A stretch of DNA of 60,790 nt, taken from positions 1 to 60,790 of the IMG/VR virus record IMGVR_UViG_3300044984_001645; one strand, 5' to 3'. The notes under the pieces were generated by a model. The model was given only the letters and a program-made list of their open reading frames with translations, was not told where the DNA came from and did not search any database. Origin of the DNA: a virus. Taxonomy: Duplodnaviria; Caudoviricetes. Positions 1 through 10,294 of this stretch are shown piece by piece. The translations under genes were made by a program, and so were the position numbers. Numbering within the stretch: position 1 is the first letter of the stretch; the number at the start of each line of letters is the position of its first letter.

Positions 1-1
1 T

Positions 2-2299
2 TTTATTTCTCCAGACTATGTTGCGCTATCGAAAAATTTAATTACAGTTGGAAACGAAGGGTCATCTGTTGCTCTTGATGATTATGAATTTACATCTTTT
101 GCCGGTGATGTTGTTGATGAATATTATAATGGTGTAATCGATGGTTACTACATCCCAGATGAATCTGGTGTTCAAGAGTTATTTATAAAAGTTAAGAATG
201 GTGGTGTTCGCGTATTCTTTGACGATAATTTAATTATTAATGAATGGTTCAATCATGTGGGGGAATTGACAGATGTGTCAAGTACAATATCTCAAAGTCT
301 TGATTTAGATGCAGGCATTCCCTATAAGATTAGAATTGAATTCTTTCATACATTTAATACACTTGATTTAGGTGAACCTTCAAAGTTTAGTTTGGAATTC
401 TGGAGATCAATCGGCGGTTCTGACGAAATAGTCCCCGCTACAGACTGTGCAACCATCGTAGCCTTTGACGCAATAGGCTCTAGGAACGCTTCTCCCGTGA
501 TTTCTAATAAGAATGCCAACCATCATAGGAATGATGCAATTTATGTCAGTACGGTCTCTTTGGCTCAAGCCTCGGGTCTCGTGTCTGAGCCAGAAAATAA
601 ATCGGTTAACTTGAATGGAACAGGATATGTACGAATCCCCTACCATGAATCAATTGACCCATCAAACTCTGTTAACCCATGTTACACCGGAGAATGGTCA
701 ATTGAAATTTATGCCAAGTTTCCCACAGTATTCAGCGGTGACGGAGAATACCTTGGAAGTTGGAAAACATCCGTTACAGCTAGTGGTTTTGAGTTTTTTA
801 ATAAATCAGATTCTCATGGTATCCGTGTTGTTCAAACGGGCGGAACAGTCAAGACAGTTTCTTCAGCGACACCATTATCTACAACTAACTTTTCCCATAT
901 TGTAGCAACCTTCAAAGATGGTGTTTTGAAGTACTATGTTAATGGTCAGTATGTTAGTCAAGTAACTAGTATTACAACTCTTGTGAAATGGGTTAACGAC
1001 ATCGCAATCGGTGGTCGTGGTGCTTCTTATGTGGAGTATGTTGATGAAGCAACGCCTTACGGGGAAACTTTTTCGGGTACTAAGCGTTCTTTCATTATAG
1101 ATGAATTCGCTATCTATAATTCAGCTCTGTCTGCTCAGCAAATAACTAATAGGTATGTTACCACTCAAATCCAACCATTAACCGTATTCCCATTCCTGTA
1201 TGGCAACGAAAGCAGTATTCGAGAAATTATTGATACTATCTCTTTGGCTGATTTTGGTCGTATGTACATTGAAGAAACTGATAATGCAAGATACGATCAC
1301 TTCAATAGATTCTTTGAATCCTCAATTGATCAACACGCAAATGTTCAAGCATCTATTTCTGGCGACACACACATTACATCAGCTGACTTCAGTGTTCAAC
1401 TTCAAGTTAACAAGGTAACAGTAAATATTGCCGGATTGACATCTATTCTTCAGGGTCGTCAAGGTCTTTGGAATGCAGATGATCCAACAACTCTTGGTGT
1501 TGTTACATTAGCTGCAAATGCAACATCATCTTCAACAAGTATCACCGTTGATACAACAGACAACCCTCCATTCCCCAAGAACGGTTATTTAAAGATTGAT
1601 AGTGAGATTGTAAAATACACATCAATTACATCAAACACATTCAAGGGTCTTGAGAGAGCACAGTTTGATACAGTTGCTGCTGCACATACCACAGGGGCAA
1701 GAGTTCGGGAAGTTAAGTATTACGATATCAAATACGATAAGGCTCCTGCTTTTGATATTCAGAGTCCATTCATCAGCGCTATCCGTTATGAAGATCCAGA
1801 CCTTGTTGAGATTCACAGGTTCTTGCCGACAGCTTATGGTGCGGAGCTAATCATGGCTGCTTCAAACTCGGTTGAGCCAAATACTTTTGCTTATCTTCAG
1901 GGAACAAACCCTCTTACTGGAGAAGTCCAGTTGACATCAATTGCTGGTACGCCAATTCTGACTACAGAGCAAGCAAGTCAGGTCAAGAAGCAGAGCGGAA
2001 CTCTTGCTTCTGATATTAGAAAGTATGGTCTGAAGGAGATTGTCATTGATAATCCTTATATTACAGACGCAGCACACGCTACGAAAATAGCTGATTTTAT
2101 GATTTCTAAACTGGCAGAACCCGTTCCTATCATCAATATCAACGCAATGGCTATGCCTAAATTGCAATTGGGGGATAAGATTCGTATTACATCAATGAAT
2201 TCACTTGATATAATTAATAGTGATTACTGGGTAGTGTCTCACAGTATGAGCGTTGGGGATTCCTTGGATCACACAATTGCATTAAGGAAGGTTGTCTAA
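2..2299 (+). CDS. Minor tail protein with PA14 and LamG/concanavalin A-like domains (5' partial)
   Basis: Frame is open from base 2; PA14-like YYNGVIDGYYIPDESG...GGVRVFFDD...LDAGIPYKIRIEFF; LamG-like WSIEIYAK...FSHIVATF...KYYVNG...IDEFAIYNSALSAQQI; tail-type C-terminus (PKLQLGDKIRI). Confidence 0.75.
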   Translation, partial: FISPDYVALSKNLITVGNEGSSVALDDYEFTSFAGDVVDEYYNGVIDGYYIPDESGVQELFIKVKNGGVRVFFDDNLIINEWFNHVGELTDVSSTISQSLDLDAGIPYKIRIEFFHTFNTLDLGEPSKFSLEFWRSIGGSDEIVPATDCATIVAFDAIGSRNASPVISNKNANHHRNDAIYVSTVSLAQASGLVSEPENKSVNLNGTGYVRIPYHESIDPSNSVNPCYTGEWSIEIYAKFPTVFSGDGEYLGSWKTSVTASGFEFFNKSDSHGIRVVQTGGTVKTVSSATPLSTTNFSHIVATFKDGVLKYYVNGQYVSQVTSITTLVKWVNDIAIGGRGASYVEYVDEATPYGETFSGTKRSFIIDEFAIYNSALSAQQITNRYVTTQIQPLTVFPFLYGNESSIREIIDTISLADFGRMYIEETDNARYDHFNRFFESSIDQHANVQASISGDTHITSADFSVQLQVNKVTVNIAGLTSILQGRQGLWNADDPTTLGVVTLAANATSSSTSITVDTTDNPPFPKNGYLKIDSEIVKYTSITSNTFKGLERAQFDTVAAAHTTGARVREVKYYDIKYDKAPAFDIQSPFISAIRYEDPDLVEIHRFLPTAYGAELIMAASNSVEPNTFAYLQGTNPLTGEVQLTSIAGTPILTTEQASQVKKQSGTLASDIRKYGLKEIVIDNPYITDAAHATKIADFMISKLAEPVPIININAMAMPKLQLGDKIRITSMNSLDIINSDYWVVSHSMSVGDSLDHTIALRKVV

Positions 2300-4278
2300 T
2301 GGCAAGAATCAGGATTGCTGGAACATCTGGTGCTTCCGAAAATACAATTGTATTCTCCCCTGCTGGTGGTCACTCTCATAATGGTAGAAACTCATCCTTA
2401 ATTGATTCAACTGCTTACTCAGTGTATGACTTCTCTCCGACCTTTGTGGGAACAGAGGTTAATCCTGATAGAGCTGTCCGCCAAGAGAATAACAGGATTG
2501 CATTTGAAGATTTGATTAAGAGAGTTGTTAATAACTCTGTTCTTGCACCTGCCGGTATTCGTCTAGAGCCGGGGTCATTGAATGGTTCATTGATTATTGC
2601 CAATACAATTACAGCAAATCAACTTGCTGCAAACACAATCACTGCAGATGAGATTGCTGCAGGAACCATTACAGCAACCCAACTTTCATCAAACATCATC
2701 TTGGTTAACAATATAATTAGAAGCAATAATTATAACGGGACCATCGCTGCTAATGGTGCAATAACGGCAAATGGTAATACTGGTTGGGCAATAACATCAT
2801 TTGGAAGCGCTGAATTTTCCAATGCAGTAATTCGTGGAAATGTAACTGCAAACGCAGGATCAATTGGTGGATGGACAATTAATTCAAACTCCATCACAGC
2901 TGGTAGCACCACTCTTTTCTCAACGGGGGCAGCGACTTTTGGAAACACAGCCATTGCTGCCAATGGTCAAATTACAAATGGTGGATATACGCTTTCAAAC
3001 ACTGGGGTGTTAACAGCGACAGGTGCCAACATTTCAGGATCAATTACGGCTACAACATTAACTGCAACCACCAATGGTCGCATTGGACCATTTGACATTA
3101 CAGCTGATTCATTCAAGAGTACAAGTTATAATTCTCAAAACTATATGGAAATTTTGAATTATGGAGATATAGCAATATACTCTTCCCCCCTTGATGGCGG
3201 GCATGCTAATATGAGGCATAGAACTGATTTAGTGGGTGAGTACATTCAAGTCGCTAGACTCGCTGGATATGGTACCAATGCTCCGGCAATAAATAGATAT
3301 ATAAATCTTGGAAGCTCAAATGGTGCTCCCGGAAACATTGGTATTGAAATTGTTGAAGATAATGTTTCAAAATTTAGAGTGTATCAAGATGGGAACTTGA
3401 CTACTGCTGGATTTGTGGCAGTAGGTGGAACTGGAATAACCGATGCAGGCTCAGTTTCTGCAAATGGCTGGTTTCGCTCCACTGGAGCTACTGGATGGTA
3501 TAACCAAACTTATGGTGGTGGTATCTATATGATTGATACTACTTGGGTTCGTGTCTATAACAATAAAAACTTTTACACCAATGGCGTAATTCGCGCCGAA
3601 ACATCACTACAAGTTGCTGGTAATGCGACTGCTGACAATGGTTGGGAATTTCGCCCGTGGACTGCAAATGCTAATTACATGTCTATTGCTACTTTGTCAA
3701 TGAGCGGTGCTGAATACTGCATGCTTGCTGACGGTACGAATACTTTTATTGGTGCTGGTACTAGTGGTAATACATATATAAGAGGAGCAGCCAATGACTC
3801 AAGTGGACAAGTGCGTGTTACTGCAGGCACAGTTGAAGTGCTTGGAACTTTCTTTATTCCTTCTATTTCAGTTAATGATAGTACCGACTATGTTATGCGC
3901 AGGGCTTCAGATGGAGCGTTTTTCATAAAATCATCTCATAGAGATTTAAAGGAAAACATATCTACTATACCTGATGCGCTCAGCACAATAAATAAATTAT
4001 CCCCAATGACTTTTAATTGGAAACTAAGCCCTGAAGATAGTAAAGATCAATTTAATGTTTTGACTAAACAGACATATAAGTCTATGGGATTCATTCTTGA
4101 AGATGTGTTAGAAGTTTCTCCCGAATTAGTAACATGGAGAACCAACAAAGAAGACGATTCAGTCCATCCCGGATACTGGAAGATTGACGACTTTATTGCT
4201 TTGGCTATTCAGGGAATCAAAGACTTGAGCAAAAAAGTTTCAGACCTTGAGTCGGAACTTTCAATCTTAAAAGGATAA
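2299..4278 (+). CDS. Tail fibre/spike with Shufflon_N-like segment and C-terminal Peptidase S74-type chaperone
   Basis: ITAxxLAANT repeats, GSIGGW, GWFRSTGATGWYNQTYGGGIYM, SSHRDLKENI...GFILEDVLEVSPELV...coiled coil. Confidence 0.8.
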   Translation: MARIRIAGTSGASENTIVFSPAGGHSHNGRNSSLIDSTAYSVYDFSPTFVGTEVNPDRAVRQENNRIAFEDLIKRVVNNSVLAPAGIRLEPGSLNGSLIIANTITANQLAANTITADEIAAGTITATQLSSNIILVNNIIRSNNYNGTIAANGAITANGNTGWAITSFGSAEFSNAVIRGNVTANAGSIGGWTINSNSITAGSTTLFSTGAATFGNTAIAANGQITNGGYTLSNTGVLTATGANISGSITATTLTATTNGRIGPFDITADSFKSTSYNSQNYMEILNYGDIAIYSSPLDGGHANMRHRTDLVGEYIQVARLAGYGTNAPAINRYINLGSSNGAPGNIGIEIVEDNVSKFRVYQDGNLTTAGFVAVGGTGITDAGSVSANGWFRSTGATGWYNQTYGGGIYMIDTTWVRVYNNKNFYTNGVIRAETSLQVAGNATADNGWEFRPWTANANYMSIATLSMSGAEYCMLADGTNTFIGAGTSGNTYIRGAANDSSGQVRVTAGTVEVLGTFFIPSISVNDSTDYVMRRASDGAFFIKSSHRDLKENISTIPDALSTINKLSPMTFNWKLSPEDSKDQFNVLTKQTYKSMGFILEDVLEVSPELVTWRTNKEDDSVHPGYWKIDDFIALAIQGIKDLSKKVSDLESELSILKG

Positions 4279-4280
4279 AA

Positions 4281-5303
4281 ATGAACCAAGAAATTATAGA
4301 TAAGTTTGTTGAAATAGAATCAGATATAAGACTCACCGTAAGTCCATATTCGGAAAACTCATACTTGCAAATTGACAAATTTTTTATGACTGATTTTGAT
4401 TATCCAACATTAAATATTGTTGATAAAATTAAACTTACAGATTTTGAAATGTATTGCATTGATGCCATAACAGAAGAAAAAATTGTCTATCCATCAGAAG
4501 ATTACACATTGCTTTCAGTTAAAGATAAAATACTTGTTGTATTCCATAACTACCGCACTTTTACTCCTAAAACATATTTATATGCAGAATATAACGGGTT
4601 GAAATCATTGATTCAAGTTTCGGTATTTGAAGACATAAGACGTTTTTTCCACTCAGGAAAAGACCATTCTTGGGGTTCTTTTTTATTTGCTGGTTCTAAA
4701 ATTATAAATAAAACTGATTTTCCTGAAAACTCTTTGCGTTGCGATATAAATGATTATGGTCCTAAGTACTGGACAAACGATGGGGGCACTAACAATATTG
4801 AAGAATCAAGTTTCAAAGACAAAAAAGTAAACCTTAATGAAGTAGAAGAGTTCTCAATGCTGGTGTCTGTTCCAAGACAAGGACACATTATTTATTTAAG
4901 ACTTAAACCAATTGACGGAGTGCTATTAAGTGATGATTTCAACAATGATGCAGTTGTCCCAGCAGTAACTAGAACAATCTTTGAATTGATGAAATTAATA
5001 TCCGAATGGGCATCGGTATCTGAGGAGCCATTCAATAATACTCAAGACATCTCTACTAAAGCAAAAGGGTTTATTGACGGGCTAGGTATTCCTGAGCCTA
5101 TCAAAGACTCTATTGACTCTTTGCAAACAGACATGCAAGTTTATAGATATTTAGCTGGTAGTGAGAATGCAAGACAACGACCTCCGCTTGAAGAAGTCGC
5201 TCCTATGCCCCAATCAGTATATGATTGGTTCAAGCAGCAATTTTGCTATAGGTCTTTTAGTAACTTAATCCTTTACCACCCTGTATTTAATGATAAAACA
5301 TAA
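4281..5303 (+). CDS. Hypothetical protein
   Basis: 340 aa ORF abutting the fibre gene. Confidence 0.65.
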   Translation: MNQEIIDKFVEIESDIRLTVSPYSENSYLQIDKFFMTDFDYPTLNIVDKIKLTDFEMYCIDAITEEKIVYPSEDYTLLSVKDKILVVFHNYRTFTPKTYLYAEYNGLKSLIQVSVFEDIRRFFHSGKDHSWGSFLFAGSKIINKTDFPENSLRCDINDYGPKYWTNDGGTNNIEESSFKDKKVNLNEVEEFSMLVSVPRQGHIIYLRLKPIDGVLLSDDFNNDAVVPAVTRTIFELMKLISEWASVSEEPFNNTQDISTKAKGFIDGLGIPEPIKDSIDSLQTDMQVYRYLAGSENARQRPPLEEVAPMPQSVYDWFKQQFCYRSFSNLILYHPVFNDKT

Positions 5304-5352
5304 TGAATGAACAACTAGAATACAAACCCTTGAGGGTGTATAATAGGTAGAT

Positions 5353-6015
5353 ATGGCTTACGAAAACTATTCATTTGTGTCTTGGACAGCTGGAACCCCC
5401 ATCTCAAGCGACCGTCTGGGTCAAATGTCCACCAATATTGGTCAAGTTAAAGATGCTACTGATGACAACCCCAAGGGGATTCTCAAGCTAAAGACTATTT
5501 CTGGTACCACATTCGGTCCCTACTCATCCTTCAATACAGAGCATGAGATTATTTCCCTAGAGAACGAGGGCGGTGGTGGTGTTAACAACCTCGTTAATGT
5601 TGGAGTTAACCGTTATTACAGACTTACGCTTTCATTCCCCGGAATAAGTATTCTCAATGCGGGTGCTGAGGATTCAACATATTTGATTACACTAAACGAG
5701 GGCACAACATCTGCTCCAATAGTTCTTTCAACTTGGAAAGTAACAGCTGGTCCGTTTACTTTTATTGATACTGCAACTCTTGCTGCCAATATTGGAAATC
5801 ATAAACTTAAATCCTCTTCGTTTGCAACAAGAATTGGTGCAGGAACTTACTCAACAATTTTTGATAGCACAGGTTCTGGTGTTACAAATAAAAGATATTA
5901 TATTGGAATCACAAGAGATGATGGTTCCACTCAGAATAATAACCCAACCTTTCAGATCCTCACTAGCGATGCCAGAATGCAATTTTATGCAGAAGACATC
6001 GGAGGGTCTGTATAA
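5353..6015 (+). CDS. Putative virion/minor tail protein
   Basis: Thr/Gly/Ser-rich, N-terminal WTAGTPISSDRLGQM; TATAAT 8 nt upstream of ATG. Confidence 0.6.
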   Translation: MAYENYSFVSWTAGTPISSDRLGQMSTNIGQVKDATDDNPKGILKLKTISGTTFGPYSSFNTEHEIISLENEGGGGVNNLVNVGVNRYYRLTLSFPGISILNAGAEDSTYLITLNEGTTSAPIVLSTWKVTAGPFTFIDTATLAANIGNHKLKSSSFATRIGAGTYSTIFDSTGSGVTNKRYYIGITRDDGSTQNNNPTFQILTSDARMQFYAEDIGGSV

Positions 6016-6018
6016 CAA

Positions 6019-6459
6019 ATGTCTTCAAGCCCGCTTGCTTCTCAGCGGAAAGACATTCCTTGGACAGATAGATCATCTGTCGGTGATTTAAACCCCAACT
6101 ATGCTGGTGGAAAATACATAGATGATAAAGGTTATGTTCGGGTTTTGATGCCGGAACATCCTTCCAATATCAAAGGCTACATCTATGAGCATCGTGCAGT
6201 CATTGAGCACTACCTTCGCAGATTTCTTAATCCTTGGGAGACCGTTCATCACATTAATGAAATCAAGAGTGATAATCGTGTAGAGAACTTGTTTCTTTGC
6301 ACACATCCTGAACATAGTGCAATTCACAGAGAAGGAAAGCGCCCAAGTCAGGATCATCGTGATAAGCTACGAGCTAATATGAAGCAGAGAAAAAAGGTTG
6401 TAAAAAAGAGTTTGAAGCCTCGTTTTGATGCCCGACCAAAAAAAACTAATTTTGAGTGA
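6019..6459 (+). CDS. HNH endonuclease (HNH_3-like)
   Basis: YIYEHRAV...ETVHHINEIKSDNRVENLFLCTHPEH. Confidence 0.9.
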   Translation: MSSSPLASQRKDIPWTDRSSVGDLNPNYAGGKYIDDKGYVRVLMPEHPSNIKGYIYEHRAVIEHYLRRFLNPWETVHHINEIKSDNRVENLFLCTHPEHSAIHREGKRPSQDHRDKLRANMKQRKKVVKKSLKPRFDARPKKTNFE

Positions 6460-6491
6460 AAATCGCATTCCTTGCGTGTACAATTATCCTT

Positions 6492-7685
6492 ATGAAAATT
6501 TGTGAGACCGAAGGTTGCCCATTGGAGTTTGAACCCAATACGGCAAATCAAAAGTATGCAGATTCATCGTGTAGAAAATCTATCGACACAATGGGTCTTT
6601 GTAAATATAGAAAAGAGAATGGATTAGTTCCAATGCCTAAAGATGCATTAACAGGGGGGGAACCTCAAACAGAAACAGAATTGAAGATTAGCTATACAAA
6701 GCTTCTTCAGGAATATGAAAAGATTAAGACAAAGGAAGATCATCTTGCCAATGCCGTATTTAGAGCGGTTAAAGAAGGTTTGTCTGACTACAAGCATGTT
6801 CCTGTTCCAAAGCCTCCTGCTGACCGCAGGAAGGGCACTGAGGAGGTTGCAGTCGCTGTCATCGCAGACTGGCAATTGGCTAAGGTTACTCCTGACTACA
6901 ATACTGAAGTCTGTGAACGCAGAATTGACCAGTATGCAGACAAGATTATTCACCTCACTGAAATTCAAAGACAAGACCATCCTGTGCGTGAACTTCGCAT
7001 TTGGGCGCTGGGAGACATTGTTGAGGGTGAGTTAATCTTTCCCGGACAAAGCTTCCTTGTAGATGGTGGTCTGTATCGTCAAATTACTGTTGATGGTCCA
7101 AGAATAATGAAGAACTTTATTACAAAGATGCTTGCCAACTTTGAGAAGGTTACATTTGTCGGGGTCATTGGTAATCATGGCTCTATCGGTGGTCGTGCAA
7201 GGCGTGATCATGACCCAGAAACAAATGCGGATAGAATGCTTTATCGCATTGTTGAGCTGATGTTTGACGGAGAGAAGCGCATTTCTTTTAATATTCCAGA
7301 TGGTCGTGGTGAACGCCATTGGTATGCGATTGATTCAATTGGTAAGTATAAGTCATTGCTTATACATGGAGACCAATTCGGTAGTCTCTCATCATTCTAT
7401 TCTTTCCAGAAGAAAGTCTATGGATGGAAGATTGGCGGAATTGAACGCAAAGACAATGATGGGAATCTTATTGATGAGTTCAATGATGTTTACTTTGGAC
7501 ACTTTCATACTCCAACAAAGATGACATTTAATACAGTGCAGTGTCGTATTTCTGGTAGTCCAGAATCAACTAACACTTATGCTATTGAGGTTCTAGGCGC
7601 TGTTGGTCAAGCTTCACAGCCTTTGATGTTTGTTCACCCCGAGAAGGGGATTGTCACAGCAGAGTACACTTGCTGGCTGGATTGA
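6492..7685 (+). CDS. Calcineurin-like metallophosphoesterase with N-terminal Cys-rich segment
   Basis: ADWQ, LGDIVEG, GNH, HGD, GHFH motifs; start moved to ATG 6492, 7 nt after TACAAT. Confidence 0.85.
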   Translation: MKICETEGCPLEFEPNTANQKYADSSCRKSIDTMGLCKYRKENGLVPMPKDALTGGEPQTETELKISYTKLLQEYEKIKTKEDHLANAVFRAVKEGLSDYKHVPVPKPPADRRKGTEEVAVAVIADWQLAKVTPDYNTEVCERRIDQYADKIIHLTEIQRQDHPVRELRIWALGDIVEGELIFPGQSFLVDGGLYRQITVDGPRIMKNFITKMLANFEKVTFVGVIGNHGSIGGRARRDHDPETNADRMLYRIVELMFDGEKRISFNIPDGRGERHWYAIDSIGKYKSLLIHGDQFGSLSSFYSFQKKVYGWKIGGIERKDNDGNLIDEFNDVYFGHFHTPTKMTFNTVQCRISGSPESTNTYAIEVLGAVGQASQPLMFVHPEKGIVTAEYTCWLD

Positions 7686-7722
7686 TAATTAAGTTTATAG
7701 AAATGAATATAGAGAGTAAGAG

Positions 7723-8181
7723 ATGCTAACAGCAAAACTAATTCAAAATAAATTCTATTTGTATTCTGGGACTATCGTTAAGATCAAGAAAATTAATAAA
7801 TCTGTAAATAAGATTTATGTTGAAAAGCTTATTGATGACTCTAGGGTTGTCATTCCATTCCAGCAGAATGAGCTTCTTCTAAAGCGTATTTATACTGTTG
7901 GTGAAGTTGCTAAGATTGTTGAAAGAAGACCAGATACAATACGAAAGTACGAAAAAAGAGGGTTAATACCAAGTGCAGAAAAATTTGGTTCTGAATACGG
8001 TGCGTACTCTTCTTGGCGGTACTATAATGAAGACGATGTTTACCAGATGGTGGAGTTTTTTAGCTCTAGAAATCCGGGTAGACCAATGAACGATGCTGGT
8101 ATCAGCATTGATAATAAAATAAAAACACTAAACGATAAAGTTAAGTTAACAACAAGGGAGCGTTATGTCTCAGGAAAATGA
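7723..8181 (+). CDS. MerR-family HTH DNA-binding protein
   Basis: YTVGEVAKIVERRPDTIRKYEKRGLI...WRYYNEDDV. Confidence 0.85.
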   Translation: MLTAKLIQNKFYLYSGTIVKIKKINKSVNKIYVEKLIDDSRVVIPFQQNELLLKRIYTVGEVAKIVERRPDTIRKYEKRGLIPSAEKFGSEYGAYSSWRYYNEDDVYQMVEFFSSRNPGRPMNDAGISIDNKIKTLNDKVKLTTRERYVSGK

Positions 8182-8371
8182 AATTGAAATTTGGGCATCT
8201 ATTGGTGTCACCAAAAATCTAGGCAACTACGAATCACTTAGGCTAGATGCCGGTGCAAGAACCAAAGCTTCATCCACAGAGGATGAGAAGGCTTGGGAGA
8301 AACTGTGGGCATCCATTGATGCTCAGATTGAAGCGAAACTCCAAGAACTGGATAATGGCACTAGCAAGTAA
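8165..8371 (+). CDS. Small hypothetical phage protein
   Basis: Coupled ORF with TKNLGNYESLRLD motif. Confidence 0.65.
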   Translation: MSQENEIEIWASIGVTKNLGNYESLRLDAGARTKASSTEDEKAWEKLWASIDAQIEAKLQELDNGTSK

Positions 8372-8654
8372 CTGGAAGAGAAATGCACTCTGTGCGAGCG
8401 ATCCTAAACAGTACACTTGGTGGTCTTATGATAAAGACGACATTGCTTATGCAAAACAAGGTTGTTCTCGTTGCTCGGTTCGTAGAGAGTGCTTTCTTTC
8501 AGCTTGGGAATCAGATGAATTCTATGGTATCAATGGTGGAATCTCAGAGTTTGAGTTTCTATTAAGAACATGGAAGAAATCAAAAAAGGAATCCAATGTT
8601 AACTGGAAAAAAACTGATAGAGATCTTCAAAAAATCATGCGAGAAATCGCATAA
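8355..8654 (+). CDS. whiB: WhiB-family transcription factor (variant)
   Basis: W...ALC...AKQGCSRCSVRREC...YGINGG: four Cys plus turn motif. Confidence 0.8.
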   Translation: MALASNWKRNALCASDPKQYTWWSYDKDDIAYAKQGCSRCSVRRECFLSAWESDEFYGINGGISEFEFLLRTWKKSKKESNVNWKKTDRDLQKIMREIA

Positions 8655-8904
8655 GCTTTTTATACCAGACTCTCCAAGGCAAGAATCCGTTGCGGATGCC
8701 TTGGCAAAACATTATGATAGTGAAATTCTTGAAAAAGCTATTGACTATTATATTAAAAAAAATCACGGTCCATTCTTAATCTTTGACTTTGCCATTGAAT
8801 CACGAACAGTGTTTGATAAGGTGAAGTTTGAAGAGGAAGCAAAAAACCGTTTCCGCAACCTAGTAAAAGAAACCCACGACAGATTGGCATCTGATGAACT
8901 ATGA
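8596..8904 (+). CDS. Hypothetical protein (replication-associated by position)
   Basis: Coupled directly upstream of the helicase. Confidence 0.6.
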   Translation: MLTGKKLIEIFKKSCEKSHKLFIPDSPRQESVADALAKHYDSEILEKAIDYYIKKNHGPFLIFDFAIESRTVFDKVKFEEEAKNRFRNLVKETHDRLASDEL

Positions 8905-10111
8905 AGTCAGACTTCTTAATTCCATTATTGACACAAAAGACTTTACATCCGCAGTTAATGGCGGTGTTGAGAATATGTTTATTGAGTATCGTGATATATG
9001 GAACTTTATTGTTTCACATTACGATCAGCACAAAAAAATACCATCCAAAGAAACTGTAAAGCAGCATCATCCGGAATTTGAATTCTTTGCTACTCCAGAA
9101 CCATTATCTTATTACCTTGAAGAAGCTAAGAAAGAATCACTGTCATATCAGACAAGAGTGATTGTCTCAAAAGCTAATTCAATCCTCAATGACTCTGGAC
9201 CAAAAGAATCACTTTCATATTTGATGGAAAGCACATCTAAGCTTTACAAGTACGCAAGTAACCTTAAAGACACAGACCTTGCTGGCGAGTGGCGTGACAG
9301 GTTTGAAGACCTAAAGCAACGGTCAATCAAGGGTGCTGGTGAACTACAGGGCATCCCTAGTGGTATCGGTGTAATTGACAAATCATTCGGCGGTTGGCAA
9401 CCCGGAGACTTCATTGTTCTTCTCGGCTGGACAGGTGTTGGTAAGTCATTCATTGCTAGATTGTTTGCGGTTAACGCTTGGAAAGCTGGCTATAGACCAT
9501 TGATCATCTCTCTTGAAATGAATAAACAACAAGAGGGTCAGCGTCTTGACACGCTATTGAACAATGGCGAAGGTCACTTTACCAATACAGACTTGGTTCG
9601 TGCTAACCCCAATGTTGTTGATGGTTACGAGAAGTGGGCAGAGCAAACCTTTGCGGGTAAACACGCCATCCATCTTGTCACATCAGAGGGGCTGGAGACA
9701 GCTGACCAGAACATGGTGCAAGCAAAGATTGACCAGTACCAACCGGACATCGTAATCCTTGACTATCACGGTCTATTTGATGACTCAAGCGGTGCGAAGA
9801 ATGAAACAGAGAAGGCTAAGAACCTATCTAAAGCATTTAAGCGTATGGCGGTTAAGAACGGAGTGCCAATCATTGATGTGGCAGCAGTAACTATGAATGA
9901 TGGTCACTCAGAGCGACCACCAGAATTAGAAGAAGTCGCTTGGAGTAAGCAGTTGGCATATGATGCTGACTTAGTGTTGGCAATCCATCGTGATTACAAC
10001 TCTGATTTATTCCAAGTGGTATCAAGGAAGGTAAGGCGGTCAACTCATTTTGGTTTTCTCCTTCGTTGGAATTTAGACACAGGAAAGTGGGCAGAAGAAT
10101 GGGATCTGTAA
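8894..10111 (+). CDS. dnaB: DnaB-like replicative helicase
   Basis: Walker A GWTGVGKS, ISLEM, VILDY, QLAYDADLVL, KVRR. Confidence 0.93.
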   Translation: MNYEVRLLNSIIDTKDFTSAVNGGVENMFIEYRDIWNFIVSHYDQHKKIPSKETVKQHHPEFEFFATPEPLSYYLEEAKKESLSYQTRVIVSKANSILNDSGPKESLSYLMESTSKLYKYASNLKDTDLAGEWRDRFEDLKQRSIKGAGELQGIPSGIGVIDKSFGGWQPGDFIVLLGWTGVGKSFIARLFAVNAWKAGYRPLIISLEMNKQQEGQRLDTLLNNGEGHFTNTDLVRANPNVVDGYEKWAEQTFAGKHAIHLVTSEGLETADQNMVQAKIDQYQPDIVILDYHGLFDDSSGAKNETEKAKNLSKAFKRMAVKNGVPIIDVAAVTMNDGHSERPPELEEVAWSKQLAYDADLVLAIHRDYNSDLFQVVSRKVRRSTHFGFLLRWNLDTGKWAEEWDL

Positions 10112-10293
10112 AGAATAAGAAAAAGAATGTTCTCTACGGGGAAGCTCAAGACATTGAGACAATAATTAGGTTAAGACCTTGGATTGAGGATGAATGTCGT
10201 AAGAAATACGGAGACTTTAGAAAGAGTGATCTTGTAACAGATTATGATGCAAAGACAAACATTTTCAAGTTCAAGCTCTTCTTTCACAAGTAA
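10099..10293 (+). CDS. Hypothetical protein
   Basis: Fills the helicase-primase gap; start MGSVKNK. Confidence 0.55.
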   Translation: MGSVKNKKKNVLYGEAQDIETIIRLRPWIEDECRKKYGDFRKSDLVTDYDAKTNIFKFKLFFHK

Positions 10294-10294
10294 G

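Noticed and set aside
3460-3600. Shufflon (invertible tail-fibre system)
   Set aside because: Only a Shufflon_N-like protein segment is seen; no inverted alternative C-termini, sfx repeats or recombinase
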